A stretch of 64,000 nt of DNA from NCBI GenBank assembly GCA_002269645.1, contig NIVC01001957.1, forward strand, positions 1-64,000, given 5' to 3'. This document shows, in pieces, positions 25,062 through 35,850 of this stretch. The DNA is from Macrostomum lignano. Its lineage: Eukaryota. Within the stretch, counting starts at the first letter, position 1, and every line of letters begins with the position of its first letter. Made by a program: the position numbers and the translations under genes. The notes under the pieces were generated by a model. That model had not been told where the DNA came from. It searched no databases and was given only the letters and a program-made list of their open reading frames with translations.

Positions 25062-28000
25062 GCCTGTCTGTCTTTCATGTCGATTCGTCGTCCGTCATGT
25101 CGGTCTGTTTTTGTCAATGACTAGATTAGCTACCCGTTCTATACAGTGCAAAGCAAATCATATTTTGTACACTGTCTTACTGTATACGACTGTTTATCTA
25201 ATTTTTTTGTTTCAGGTTTCTTTGTTTACAATTTTAACACAATGCTTCGAAGTTGATGCTGAACTGATAATGTAACTCCATTTATTACATCCTAACGATT
25301 TTAGCAAACCTTGAGTATGCTTGTTATAGTAGTTTAACTTTAACATCCTTTTTGAAACTGTGATTCCTGCTGTATATATCTGTACTTTTAACCCTGAGTG
25401 GCAGTTGAGTGACTGAAGCGGGGCTCTATGATTTACTGTATTTTCATATTGATGATTTCCGAAAAAGGGACTCACAGAAAGTCGCTAATGGAGAGGAATA
25501 TTTGATGTCACCCCTTCCCCGGAAGCTTTCCGATTGATATTGCAACTGGAATGCGGGCTGTGCTCATTTAAAACCGGCTTAGCTCTCTGTTTTGCATTTT
25601 CAGGATCGACTTAAAAAGTGTGCGTGTCAATCCTTCTAAAGAGCGAGCCATCGATAGCTGCTTGCGTGTTCTTGGGGATTCGGGAAATCTCTTGTTTTTT
25701 GAGGGGGGGTTTCTTGCTGGACTGAGAACTGACGATGACGTCAGAGGGATATAAAAACAAAAATGGCTAGATTGATTATAGCTCTTTTTTATTTTTTTAT
25801 ACTACTTCCAAGCCTTTCTACTAAGAGTAGTGCAAAGTGAAAAAAGTGGCGCATTTTTTACAAATTTGTCTACGCTAAATTTCTGATACTTCAGCAGGCT
25901 TTTCAGTTGGATTTTAATCTGAATGATTCGTTCTTTGGCGAGGTAAAACGAATTGTTTATCTGAATTGCTGAATTTTGGATTAATATAACAAATTTATCT
26001 CTAATAATGATGGAGTCATCAATGCGTTAAGATAGCTTTGCTCATAAATTTAACAGAAACAGCGTGTGATATTTTAGCTTATTGTTACTCAAATTTAATA
26101 ACGGGAAGTGCTTTTAACTATACTAATTGATTCTTGTTGGCTTTCTCGGAACAATTTTAATTATTATACATTTTTCTAACAGTGCCGCTATTAAATCATG
26201 ACAATATTTCCGCAAAGTTTTTTTCGCTCATCTGCAGCCTCGCAAGGAGTGCACCGATGCCGTGGCTAAGCTGCATGGCGACTGCCTGCCTGACAAACTG
26301 TGCCTCATCAATACTAGCGAGGGCGGCGGTCGGGTGAGTATGCAGTATCCCAACTGTGAAAATCCCATCTCTGAGTATCCCATCTCTGAGTATCCCAACT
26401 GTGAATATCCCATCTCCGAATATCCCATCTCTGAGTATCCCAACTGTGAATATCCCATCTCCGAACATCCCATCTCTGAGTATCCCAACTGTGAATATCC
26501 CATCTCCGAATATCCCATCTCTGAGTATCCCATCTCCGAATATCCCATCTCTGAGTATCCCAACTGTGAATATCCCATCTCTGAATATCCCAGCTGTGAA
26601 TATCCCATCTCTGAGTATCCCAACTGTGAATATCCTATCTCTGAGTATCCCAACTGTGAATATCCCATCTCCGAATATCCCATCTCTGAGTATCCCAGCT
26701 GTGAATATCCCATCTCTGAGTATTCCAGCTGAGAATATCCCCTCTCTGAATATCCCATCTCTGAGTATCCCAACTGTGAATATCCCATCTCTGAGTATCC
26801 CAACTGTGAATATCCCATCTCTGAGTATCCCAACTGTGAATATCCCATCTCTGAGTATCCCAACTGTGAATATCCCATCTCTGAGTATCCCAACTGTGAA
26901 TATCCCATCTCTGAGTATCCCAACTGTGAATATCCCATCTCTGAGTATCCCAACTGTGAATATCCCATCTCTGAGTATCCCAACTGTGAATATCCCATCT
27001 CTGAGTATCCCAACTGTGAATATCCCATCTCTGAGTATCCCAACTGTGAATATCCCATCTCTGAGTATCCCAACTGTGAATATCCCATCTCTGAGTATCC
27101 CAACTGTGAATATCCCATCTCTGAGTATCCCAGCTGTGAATATCCTATCTCTGAATATCCCATCTCTGAATATCCCATCTCTAAATATCCCATCTCTGAA
27201 TATCCCATCTCTGAATATCCCATCTCTGAATATCCCATCTCTGAATATCCCGTCTCTAAATATCCCATCTCTGAATATCCTATCTCTGAATATCCCATCT
27301 CTAAATATCCCATCTCTGAATATCCCATCTCTGAATATCCCATCTCTGAATATCCCATCTTCGAATATGCTATCTCTGAATATCCCATCTCTGAACATCC
27401 CATCTCTGAACATCCCGTCTCTGAATATCCCATCTCTGAATATCCCATCTCTGAATATCCCATCTCTGAATATCCCATCTCTGAATATCCCATCTCTGAA
27501 TATCCAATCTTTGAATATCTAATCTTTGAATATCCCATCTCTGAATATCCCATCTCTGAATGTCCCATCTCTGAATATCCCATCTTTAAATATCCCATCT
27601 CTGATTTATCCAATCTCTAAATATCCTATCTTTAAATAACCTATCTCTGAATATTTCCCATATTTGAATATCCAATCTCTGAGTTTGCCATATCTGAGCA
27701 TCTCGTCTCTAAATATCCCATGTCTAGCATTTTTCTATCTCAAATTAACAATTGCAGGCTCTCCTAGAAGCACTACAGCAGCAGCAGCAATCCGATTCCC
27801 CACCTGCCGCTCCCCTGGCCTGCATCCCGACAGTCACAGCGGCGGACTGCCGGCACGCCCTGGCCCACATTGCCTCCTCCTTGGGCCACCAGACATCAAC
27901 GAGTCCTGCTGCATCAGCCTCATCAATCGCAGCCTCATCCTCAGCCTCGTCGTCGGTCTATCGAATCTGCATTGCCGGCTCGGATAGCCACGTGAACTCC

Positions 28001-30476
28001 GTGCTGCGAGCTTATGTTGAGCAGTTCGGCTCAAAGCCGGCAGCCTGGCAGTCGCGGGTTCGATTCTACTACGCGCCGCTGTTGGGACCGGCAGCTCTGG
28101 GCCGCCTGCTGTGCTCGGCGGACTCGCCTGACGGCTACGGAGCTGTCTGGGGCGACTGCGTTGCCGGCTTCGTGGCCTCCTCGGCGACTGCAGAGTCTGG
28201 CGCCGTCGTTGGCTGGAGCGCCGCCGATGCCGCTCAACGAATCCGGCGCTACATGCACGAGGCCGACGCCAATCTGAGGCTGCCGGTTGGCGAAGTGCTG
28301 CTGGCTGAGAGCGCCGATGGGGCTCAGACTTTTGTGCCGTTCGTGCTGCATGTGCGGCTGGGACAGGTGGGTTGATTGATTAGTAAGTTATTGATTGATT
28401 GGTTGATTGACTGATTGATTTGACAGGTTTATTGATTATTGATTGATTGGTTGATTAATTGATTGACTGATTGATGCATTGGCTGATTATAATTGATTGA
28501 TTGATTGATGCATTGGCTGATTGATTTATTGATTGATTGATGCATTGGCTGATTGATTTATTGATGAATTGGCTGATTGATTGATTGATGAATTGGCTGA
28601 TTGATTGATTGATGCATTGGATGATTGATTAATTGATGGATTGGCTGATTGATTGATTGATGCATTGGCTGATTGATTTATTGATTGATTGATGCATTGG
28701 CTGATTGATTTATTGATGAATTGGCTGATTGATTGATTGATGAATTGGCTGATTGATTGATTGATGAATTGGATGATTGATTAATTGATGGATTGGCTGA
28801 TTGATTGATTGATGCATTGGCTGATTGATTTATTGATTGATTGATGCATTGGCTGATTGATTTATTGATTGATGATTGATTGATCAGCATTGGCTGATTG
28901 ATTGATTGATTGATGCATTGGCTGATTGATTGATTGATTGATGCATTGGCTGATTGATTGATTGATTGATGCATTGGCTGATTGATTAATTGATGAATTG
29001 GCTGATTGATTGATTGATGCATTGAATGATTGATTGATTGATGGATTGGCTGATTGATTGATTGATTGATTGATGTATTGGCTGATTGATTGATTGATTG
29101 ATGCATTGGCTAATTGATTGCTTGATTGATTGATTTATGAATTCTCTGATTAATTTATTGAATGATTAATTGATCGATTGGTTGATTGACTGATTTATCA
29201 ATAGTTGATACCTACGAATGAAGGAATGAGAATCGATTGATTGGTTAGTTAATGACTTAACAATCATTTAATTGGCTGCTCCCCCTGTAGATTGTCATCT
29301 CTCAAGTGCCGCAAGGGTAAAACGGACTTTCTAAACTTTCAACTTAATGCCTAAATCCTCTGTTGCCTCCATCCTCTATGGCCTGGCCTCCATCCTCTAT
29401 GGCCTGACCTCCATCCTCTATGGCCTCCATCCTCTATGGACTCCATCCTCTATGGCCTCCATCCTCTATGGCCTCCATCCTATATGGCCTGTCTCCATCC
29501 TCTATGGCCTGTCTCCATCCTCTATGGCCTGTCTCCATCCTCTATGGCCTCCATCCTCTATGGCCTGCCTCCATCCTCTATGGCCTCCATCCTCTATGGC
29601 CTGCCTCCATCCTCTATGGCCTCCATCCTCTATGGCCTGCATCCTATATGGCCTGCCTCCATCCTCTATGGCCTGCATCCTATATGGCCTGTCTCCATCC
29701 TCTATGGCCTGCATCCTATATGGCCTGCCTCCATCCTCTATGGCCTGCATCCTATATGGCCTGCCTCCATCCTCTATGGCCTGCATCCTATATGGCCTGC
29801 CTCCATCCTCTATGGCCTCCATCCTCTATGGCCTGCATCCTATATGGCCTGCCTCCATCCTCTATGGCCTGCATCCTATATGGCCTGCCTCCATCCTCTA
29901 TGGCCTGCATCCTATATGGCCTCCATCAACCGATTCTTACAATGAAAACCCAGGCCGACCGCAGCGCAGAATCTGATTCAGAGCTGCCATCAACTGCTGA
30001 GGAGCCGCACCACCACCAGCAGCAGCAGCAGACGACACCACCGGGCAGTCCCAGCATGGACTGTGGCCGGCCCGTCATCAGCGTCGAATCGTCTACCGCT
30101 CAAACTTCAGTCGGCGAATTTGTCGACTTACAATTGGACTATTGGACTGGCGGATCCGACCGGCGAACTGCGCTGAAACCGGCGCTTCGTGCGCTGCGCG
30201 TCTGTCAAGCCGCCAACGGCCGGGGCCTCAGCTTGAGTCTGGTTAATAAGCGGCAGAAAAGTGAGTTGCTATGGTATAAATAAAGTTCATATCGAATGCT
30301 TTGTATGCACTTCCAATCCTTTCTATTTGCAGTCATGCGGTTGGGCAAAAAGGGCAAAGAGCCGGAAAGTCGGCGAGAAACTGTTGAAGGCCTGACCAGA
30401 TTGATCTGCACTGGCAAGAGCCAGCCTATGCGGGGTGAGATCTGTGTATCTATCTATCTATCTATCTGTCTATCTG

Positions 30477-30507
<31 letters not shown>

Positions 30508-30531
30508 GTCTGTCTATCTGTCTATCTATTG

Positions 30532-30605
<74 letters not shown>

Positions 30606-30634
30606 GTATGTATCTATCTATCTATCTATCTATG

Positions 30635-30731
<97 letters not shown>

Positions 30732-30732
30732 G

Positions 30733-30775
<43 letters not shown>

Positions 30776-30776
30776 G

Positions 30777-30846
<70 letters not shown>

Positions 30847-30863
30847 CATACATCTATCTATCC

Positions 30864-30897
<34 letters not shown>

Positions 30898-30946
30898 TTA
30901 TCTATCTATCTGTCTATCTGTCTATCTGTCAATCTATCTATCTATA

Positions 30947-30978
<32 letters not shown>

Positions 30979-31095
30979 CATCTATCTATCTATCCATCTA
31001 TCTATCTATCCATCTATCTATCTATCCATCTATCTATCTATCCATACATCTATCTATCCATCTATCTATCTATCCATCTATCTATCTATCCATAC

Positions 31096-31126
<31 letters not shown>

Positions 31127-31383
31127 CATCTGTCTATCTAGCTCTCTATCTATCCATCTATCGGTTGTTATCTATCTACTCTAATCTATGGTTGTTATCT
31201 ATCTACTCTGATCTAATCTAATATCTATTTATATCTACATGTATATTTATTTCAGTATTTGTGGACGGCGTTGAATGGTCCGGTGTGAAATTCTTCCAAC
31301 TGTCCAGCCAATGGCAGACAAGCGTCAAGTTTCTGCCGGTTGCAGTTTACACCTTGGCTCCAGGCAATAACGGATTCTCTTAA
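12541..31383 (+). CDS. PACS: Phosphofurin acidic cluster sorting protein (PACS1/2 family), spliced gene, ~997 aa
   Basis: Exons 12541-12635, 14272-14998, 15764-15859, 22799-23380, 24314-24565, 26238-26333, 27758-28366, 29954-30260, 30333-30434, 31256-31383. All introns are GT-AG and the frames join (2994 nt). PACS motifs: [91 protein letters not shown]. Confidence 0.93.
12978..13094. mobile_element. Small hAT-like MITE (117 bp) in PACS intron 1
   Basis: Inverted ends TAGGGGTCAGAC / GTCTGACCTCTA (11/12 match). Flanks ATAATATT / ATAATAAT match 7/8 but are AT-rich, so this support is weak. Confidence 0.45.
13263..13694. mobile_element. Older MITE copy of the CCATAGTCAGGAAGGTGG family
   Basis: Ends CAATGGTCAGGAAGGTG / CTACCACCTTCCTGACTGTGG; 8-bp flanks GATTTATT / GATTAATT (7/8). 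Confidence 0.65.
14272..14998 (+). CDS. PACS: PACS exon 2 (furin-binding/C2-like region and acidic cluster)
   Basis: Acceptor ctacacag|G; in frame with ORF 14282; [46 protein letters not shown]; donor AAG|gtctgt, phase 0. Confidence 0.92.
15284..15645. mobile_element. hAT-like MITE with an internal GA-rich tract (PACS intron 2)
   Basis: Ends CTGGTGTCGGTAAA / TTTGCCGACCCCTG; TSD ATCTAGAG / ATCTAGAC (7/8); GA-rich interior ~15350-15550. Confidence 0.65.
15764..15859 (+). CDS. PACS: PACS exon 3 ([32 protein letters not shown])
   Basis: Acceptor ttttttatttcag|, donor GGG|gtaagt, 96 nt, phase 0/0. Resembles the PACS N.KQKfvaLL.rFKv segment. Confidence 0.8.
15972..16620. mobile_element. Second hAT-like MITE relative with an expanded GA-rich repeat; right end not resolved
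   Basis: Starts CAGGGGTCGGTAA. After the GA tract (16035-16550) it shares CCTTGAGCAG..GATTGCT..AAGGACCCGA with 15555-15600. Confidence 0.5.
17212..18712. repeat. 30-bp (then 29-bp) minisatellite GCTGAGATGCCATGGCTTAAGGAGGGAGTT, ~50 copies
   Basis: Exact 30-bp periodicity from 17290 to 18330; the unit switches to ...GCTCAATGGGGAGAGTT after ~18335. Confidence 0.97.
19551..19811 (+). mobile_element. tRNA-derived SINE
   Basis: Head GGGGCGTAGCTTAGTGGT (A box) ... GGTTCGATTCC (B box) with no pairing acceptor stem, followed by a body whose 3' part recurs at 9733-9804. Confidence 0.75.
20815..22492. repeat. 31/32-bp minisatellite GTCTGCGCTTGTGTCTGCTTCTGTGTCTCTAG
   Basis: Direct periodic repetition with block-level duplications, inside PACS intron 3. 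Confidence 0.96.
22799..23380 (+). CDS. PACS: PACS exon 4 (middle region)
   Basis: Acceptor acctacag|; [25 protein letters not shown] matches PACS DDDSVLSTPKPKLRPYF; donor GAT|gtaagt, phase 0. Confidence 0.92.
23625..23995. repeat. 21-bp minisatellite GATGTACAGGGGTGAGATTCA (PACS intron 4)
   Basis: Period 21 visible from 23641. Confidence 0.9.
24314..24565 (+). CDS. PACS: PACS exon 5 (low-complexity linker)
   Basis: Acceptor aatattcag|GAC, open in the ORF 24335 frame. Donor GCG|gtaggt (alternative CAG|gttcca at 24544); both are phase 0. Little homology, so placed by frame and splice sites. Confidence 0.6.
24588..25072. repeat. (TCTG)n microsatellite (PACS intron 5)
   Basis: Direct observation. 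Confidence 0.97.
26238..26333 (+). CDS. PACS: PACS exon 6 ([32 protein letters not shown])
   Basis: Matches PACS PRK.VYDQL....LPE.IILVNTSDWQG; acceptor tctgcag|, donor CGG|gtgagt. Confidence 0.9.
26343..27720. repeat. 15-bp minisatellite GAATATCCCATCTCT with a 30-bp dimer form (PACS intron 6)
   Basis: Direct periodicity; starts ~10 nt after the donor. Confidence 0.96.
27758..28366 (+). CDS. PACS: PACS exon 7 (C-terminal domain)
   Basis: [46 protein letters not shown]; acceptor attgcag|, donor CAG|gtgggt. Confidence 0.93.
28372..29250. repeat. (GATT)n-derived micro/minisatellite (PACS intron 7)
   Basis: Direct observation, with recurring TGCATTGGCTGATT interruptions. Confidence 0.95.
29291..29316 (+). 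CDS. PACS: Candidate PACS microexon (IVISQVPQG)
   Basis: Acceptor ctccccctgtag| and donor AAGG|gtaaaa. The frame is kept if it splices to the AG at 29963-29964. It lies in unique sequence between two different arrays. Confidence 0.45.
29358..29925. repeat. 16-bp-based minisatellite GGCCTCCATCCTCTAT with 20/36-bp variants
   Basis: Direct observation; ends ~30 nt before the exon 8 acceptor. Confidence 0.94.
29954..30260 (+). CDS. PACS: PACS exon 8
   Basis: [39 protein letters not shown]; donor A|gtgagt, phase 1. The acceptor may be at 29953 or 29964. Confidence 0.88.
30333..30434 (+). CDS. PACS: PACS exon 9
   Basis: [30 protein letters not shown]; acceptor ctatttgcag|, donor G|gtgaga. Confidence 0.9.
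30443..31240. repeat. (TCTA)n microsatellite (PACS intron 9)
   Basis: Direct observation; begins 8 nt after the donor. Confidence 0.97.
31256..31383 (+). CDS. PACS: PACS terminal exon 10 ([32 protein letters not shown]...stop)
   Basis: Matches the conserved PACS C-terminus [27 protein letters not shown]; TAA at 31381-31383; AATAAA at ~31543. Confidence 0.93.
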
Positions 31384-33547
31384 CCTGTGATATATGGATT
31401 TGATAACGTGATTAACTGCGTCAATTAGTCACGTGATGTGAATCTTTTTGAAGACTCTATTGATTAGAGTACTTAGTATTCGTCCTTGCAGCATGCAGTA
31501 GGTAATGCTAATGCTTAACAGAAATTCGCTTTCTTTACTCAGAATAAATATCTTTTTTAAAATTCTTACATTCAACGTGAAAATGCAAGTTTTAATGTCA
31601 GTATTATGTTTTATTAAGCTGTAGTGCTTATTTTATTATTTATAACGTTTTTCGTTATAATTTTGCTAGCTAACTCGTTGTGTTTTCGTTTGGCCAGCGC
31701 TTCCAAAACGCAAGTCTTTGCACCTTGATAAATGGCTTGATAAATAATAAATTTAGGCTTCATTGTTTATATTTCTCCGTATAGTAAACTACTAATCAGT
31801 AGACATTTCGTTGGGATGTATATATGCGATTAAATTATTCAAATTTAAATAGATTTTTTCGCATTTTATAATAGTGTATTTTGTGTTGTAAATTAAATTA
31901 TATTGGAAATTGGAAAAGTAAAGCTTCAGAATAGTTCACATGGCCTGGTAGACTTTAAATTTTATTCTTTTGGCTAGGGGGAACAATATGTGGGGATTTA
32001 GATTAAACGAATATAAGTGATTAAAATTATTTTAGTATTTGATCTGGCTTAATCAATAAAGCATAGGCGCAGTTTCATTCTGGTTTGGCTTTCTTTACTA
32101 TCAGATAATTAACCTTCTGTGAGACATCAACTTTTTTGTGCTTTTGTTGGCATTTTTATTGGCTATTTTTAACTTAAAAACATATATTTGCTTGTATATC
32201 AGATATTGTTTTATTAAGTTGTTGGCTATTGAAATAAATTTAAACTAACTGAATTTACTTTAAAAATGACTAGCTATTTAATAGTTCTTTTATGCCGTTT
32301 GTGCTTTGTGTGGTGTGGCGTTTTTTTGGTTTTCAATTATTTTGCTGGACTTTACTTTAAGGCATCGATGACGAGGTGGAGCTAATCAAATTGCTAAATA
32401 GTTTTGTCATTTAGCTAACTGCTTTTTATTGCCAAATGTTGATTTAAATACTCACTCGTATTATCGCTATGTATGATAATATGAAATATACTCATATTTT
32501 TTAAACAGTGTGCTCTCTGTGTGTCAACGCTTTCCCTCTAGAGTCTTATAGATTTTTTGTTGTCAATGTCGAATGACTTATTGCTGTCCAATAGCTTTAT
32601 CTGTGTCATTTTTATTACCAACTGTAGCAGTGTAATATACACTGTATTATTCTATTAAAATTATATTGCCTTGACAGTGTGCGAGTTGAATCTTTTTTGA
32701 TGAAACTCTTAAAGAATATATAAGAATGTGTCGCTTGTATACATTAGTTTTGCACCTGCAGTAATATTTTAATTTATTTAATGTTAGTGTTTTTTTCTTC
32801 TGCATAATTTTTTACAACAAGTTAGCCAAAAAGTTAGAGGGCGCAAGACCCGTAAAATTTATTAAGCGTTAAGTCAGATAAAAAACATAAGTCTCACTAT
32901 GTCTGCTCACTTATTACGTAACACAGCTTGTGTACGAACTGCACATGTATGTAGTGCAGCGTACATGTAACCTGCTCATGTAAATACACCATGGGATAAA
33001 TTCGGGCTAGCCAAGTATAAAAGAGAAACTCTCACTCAACTTGAAGAATCACAAAACAAGCAAGCTTTGCATAAAATTACGAATCATGAAATGAACAATT
33101 TATTGTTTTAAGGCCTAAATTAAAGGCCCTAAATTTCCCTATAAAATTTGTTGGTGGCAAGAAAGACAATTTCTACGCAAAGACAAAAATTGTAAAATTT
33201 TAAGTTATTTATTACTTTTTTATGCTGGCTACGAAAATAACAGATGGTATACACTATGGTGGGTACATTCATACCATGCAACTATACCGGGGCTAATTAA
33301 CTATTACGATCGAAATTGGTCGCTTTCATATGGCCGAAATTTCACGACGCCGAAAAAAACTCCATTATTGTCTTTCATGAGACCATGAGTCTCATGAGAT
33401 CATGAGTCGATCATGAGATCAAAACTTCATATACATGTAAGACCAAATTTTCATATCGTAGAATAAAAACTCAATATACTGTACAAGACCCTTCATTCAA
33501 CCGAAAATTCATACGACCAAAATTTCACAATGCCGAAAATTCTGCAT

Positions 33548-33595
33548 GGTCCGTTCAAGGACGACTTAAGTACTTAAGTCGTCCTTGGGTCCGTT
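33548..33595. mobile_element. 32-bp perfect palindrome flanked by a perfect 8-bp direct repeat; probable DNA-transposon (P-like) excision footprint
   Basis: GGTCCGTT + CAAGGACGACTTAAGT + ACTTAAGTCGTCCTTG + GGTCCGTT. Confidence 0.7.
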
Positions 33596-34162
33596 TAGAA
33601 TTCTAGCGCGGATCTAAGGAATGCGTAAAGCGCATTGGGAAATGATTTTAACAAATGTTTGTAAAAAACGTCTTATAAGTGAGTTTTTTTAATTATATCA
33701 AATTACATATATAAAGGCATTAAATCTATTTCTTTCTTTTTATGACAATTAATCTCAGTTCACAGTTGGTTTAAAGCTAATTTTTTTCTTAAGAACATTT
33801 AAGAAATATCCATGAGCGCGTCTGTCATTCAAGATATATGTCAAGACCTGTATCATATGTCTTCTCTAAGTGTAACTGCTTGTGTAGTGGCAGTAGTGTG
33901 TTGTAGTTCCTTATTGTTTTCTAACATGCTTCTATTAATGCTTGTTCTCGTAATGTCCAAATGTCTGAGTAGTGTATCATGTAAAGTCTTATATAAGATT
34001 CAGTTTAGTATATTGGATTAAATTTTGTCCAAGTAGGGCCTAAGAATTTCATTTTTAATAGGCCTATATGGATTTTCATTTTTAGTATATCTGATTAAAT
34101 TTCGTACAAGCAAGATTTTCATTTTTAGTATATTGAATTCAGTTGGTAGACCTAGCACAGCA

Positions 34163-34264
34163 GCATAGTTCTAGTTTACTTCGTTATATTCCAATCCAAC
34201 CCCCCTACCCTTGTCGCCTTGAATAGAGGGCGAAATAATTTAATGCAGTAAACTAGAACTATGC
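34163..34264. mobile_element. ~100-bp element with perfect 18-bp inverted repeats (mini-MITE)
   Basis: GCATAGTTCTAGTTTACT (34163-34180) / AGTAAACTAGAACTATGC (34247-34264). GACCTAGCA occurs near both sides but is not flush with the left end. Confidence 0.5.
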
Positions 34265-34579
34265 CGACCTAGCATATTATGTATTATTGGCCTTAGTAGT
34301 CTTAATGACACTCTATTTATCTTATTTGGTGTGTTCTGTAAACCAATCTTGATTTGCATTCCTATTGGAATATCTCTCAGACTTAGTCCAGGCATTGCTA
34401 GGATCAAAAGGTTATATATTACATTTAGATAGATTTTCTGCCTTGAAGTAGGTTCTTAGATTCTAAATCTTATAGTTCTTAGTCTATCTTTTTGTAGATT
34501 TTCTACCCATAGAGTTCATATTCTTAAGAATAAAATGAGTTCTCACAATGCCTAGAGTTTTTTTGATATTAGGCCTATT

Positions 34580-35260
34580 CCATAGTCAGGAAGGTGGCAG
34601 AGTGTGCGCCGGAACAAATTTTGGCCTCTCCCAAAATTGTGCGCCGTGCGCCGACACAAAAACCCTCGTGTGCGCCGTTGTGCGCCTGCCACTACCTGCC
34701 TTGCGACAATAAAAGACCTTTTTTTACAACATAGCAACAATTTTTGTGCGCCAATATTTTCAATAAACCCTACCCCTATAATATTTCGGGACGGTTACGG
34801 GCTATCTATATTATATTATGAGAAATTGAGATCGTTAAACCGAAAATAGAAATTTAAAAAAATTTTAATTTAATTTCTAATTTTTAAAACAAAACATACA
34901 TAAAAAGTAAGCAAATGGCAAAAACAAAGGTAAAAAGGAAAAGGAAAATATTTTTTTTATTTTTTATTTTTTGGTAGAATGCAGTGTTACATTAGATAGA
35001 ACAGTGAATAGTGTACTGTAACAAGTAACGACTTACATCGTTACATGGGATTGCCACAAGGGTAACGCTGCATGTGGCGCGGCGCCCGCCGCGCCGCGCC
35101 GCCATGCGCCGGTGTCCTCTGGTGTGCGCCGTTGTGCGCCGCTGTGCGCCAGTGCGCCGCTGTGCGCTGTTGTGGCGCGCCGTTGTGCGCCGTTGTGTGC
35201 CCAAAAAGGGCTTGTGTGCGCCGGAATTTTCCGACCAAACTGCCACCTTCCTGACTATGG
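34580..35260. mobile_element. 681-bp MITE with a 21-bp TIR and perfect 8-bp TSD
   Basis: TIR CCATAGTCAGGAAGGTGGCAG at both ends; TSD GGCCTATT at 34572-34579 and 35261-35268; many subterminal GTGCGCCG motifs. Confidence 0.88.
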
Positions 35261-35675
35261 GGCCTATTAATGACTTGAGGCAGAAGTAGGCCTATTCAAT
35301 CTTTTCTATTTTAGAATCTTAAATGAAAGAAACAATTTGTTTTGTGTTTATGGGTTTTTTTACTGCTGTTTAAAACAAAAAAAAGTTTAAAATCATAATA
35401 TTTTTAATATTTTCAAATTTATATATATTTAAACACATTAAAAAGGCCTATTTATATAACTTATAACTTTATTATAAGCCACATGACTTAACCACACCAG
35501 TAGCTTACACTAAGCAGAAGGGCCTAGAATTTATTGTTTTATATTTTTAATGTTTTTTCTTTTATAAAAACATTTCTTTTATAAATATAGCAGCTATAAA
35601 TATAAAGTTAAAAGAAAATCTGTCAAGTAGTTTTTTTCTAAAAGCAATCATACAGATAGATACCTACCTAGATAC

Positions 35676-35850
35676 CCATAGTCAGGAAAATGGCCTTTTT
35701 CATAGAAAATTTTGGTGCAAAAAATGTTTAAATATGCGCCACATCAATGTAGCCTAGTGTAATAATAGGCAATGCCCAAGGGAGAAAAATCTAGTGCAGT
35801 ATGGCACAAGGCAAAAAAATTGGCACCATTTGGTGCAAAACAAAAACTTT
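35676..35850. mobile_element. Orphan left end of the same MITE family
   Basis: CCATAGTCAGGAAAATGGC followed by GGTGCA/GCGCCA motifs; no matching right end found. Confidence 0.5.

Noticed and set aside
26196-27613. ORFs of 388-461 aa on both strands
   Set aside because: 15-bp minisatellite; only 26238-26333 is real coding sequence.
29347-29953. In-frame extension of PACS exon 8 through the 16-bp array
   Set aside because: Openness is explained by the repeat; homology to PACS starts only after ~29954.
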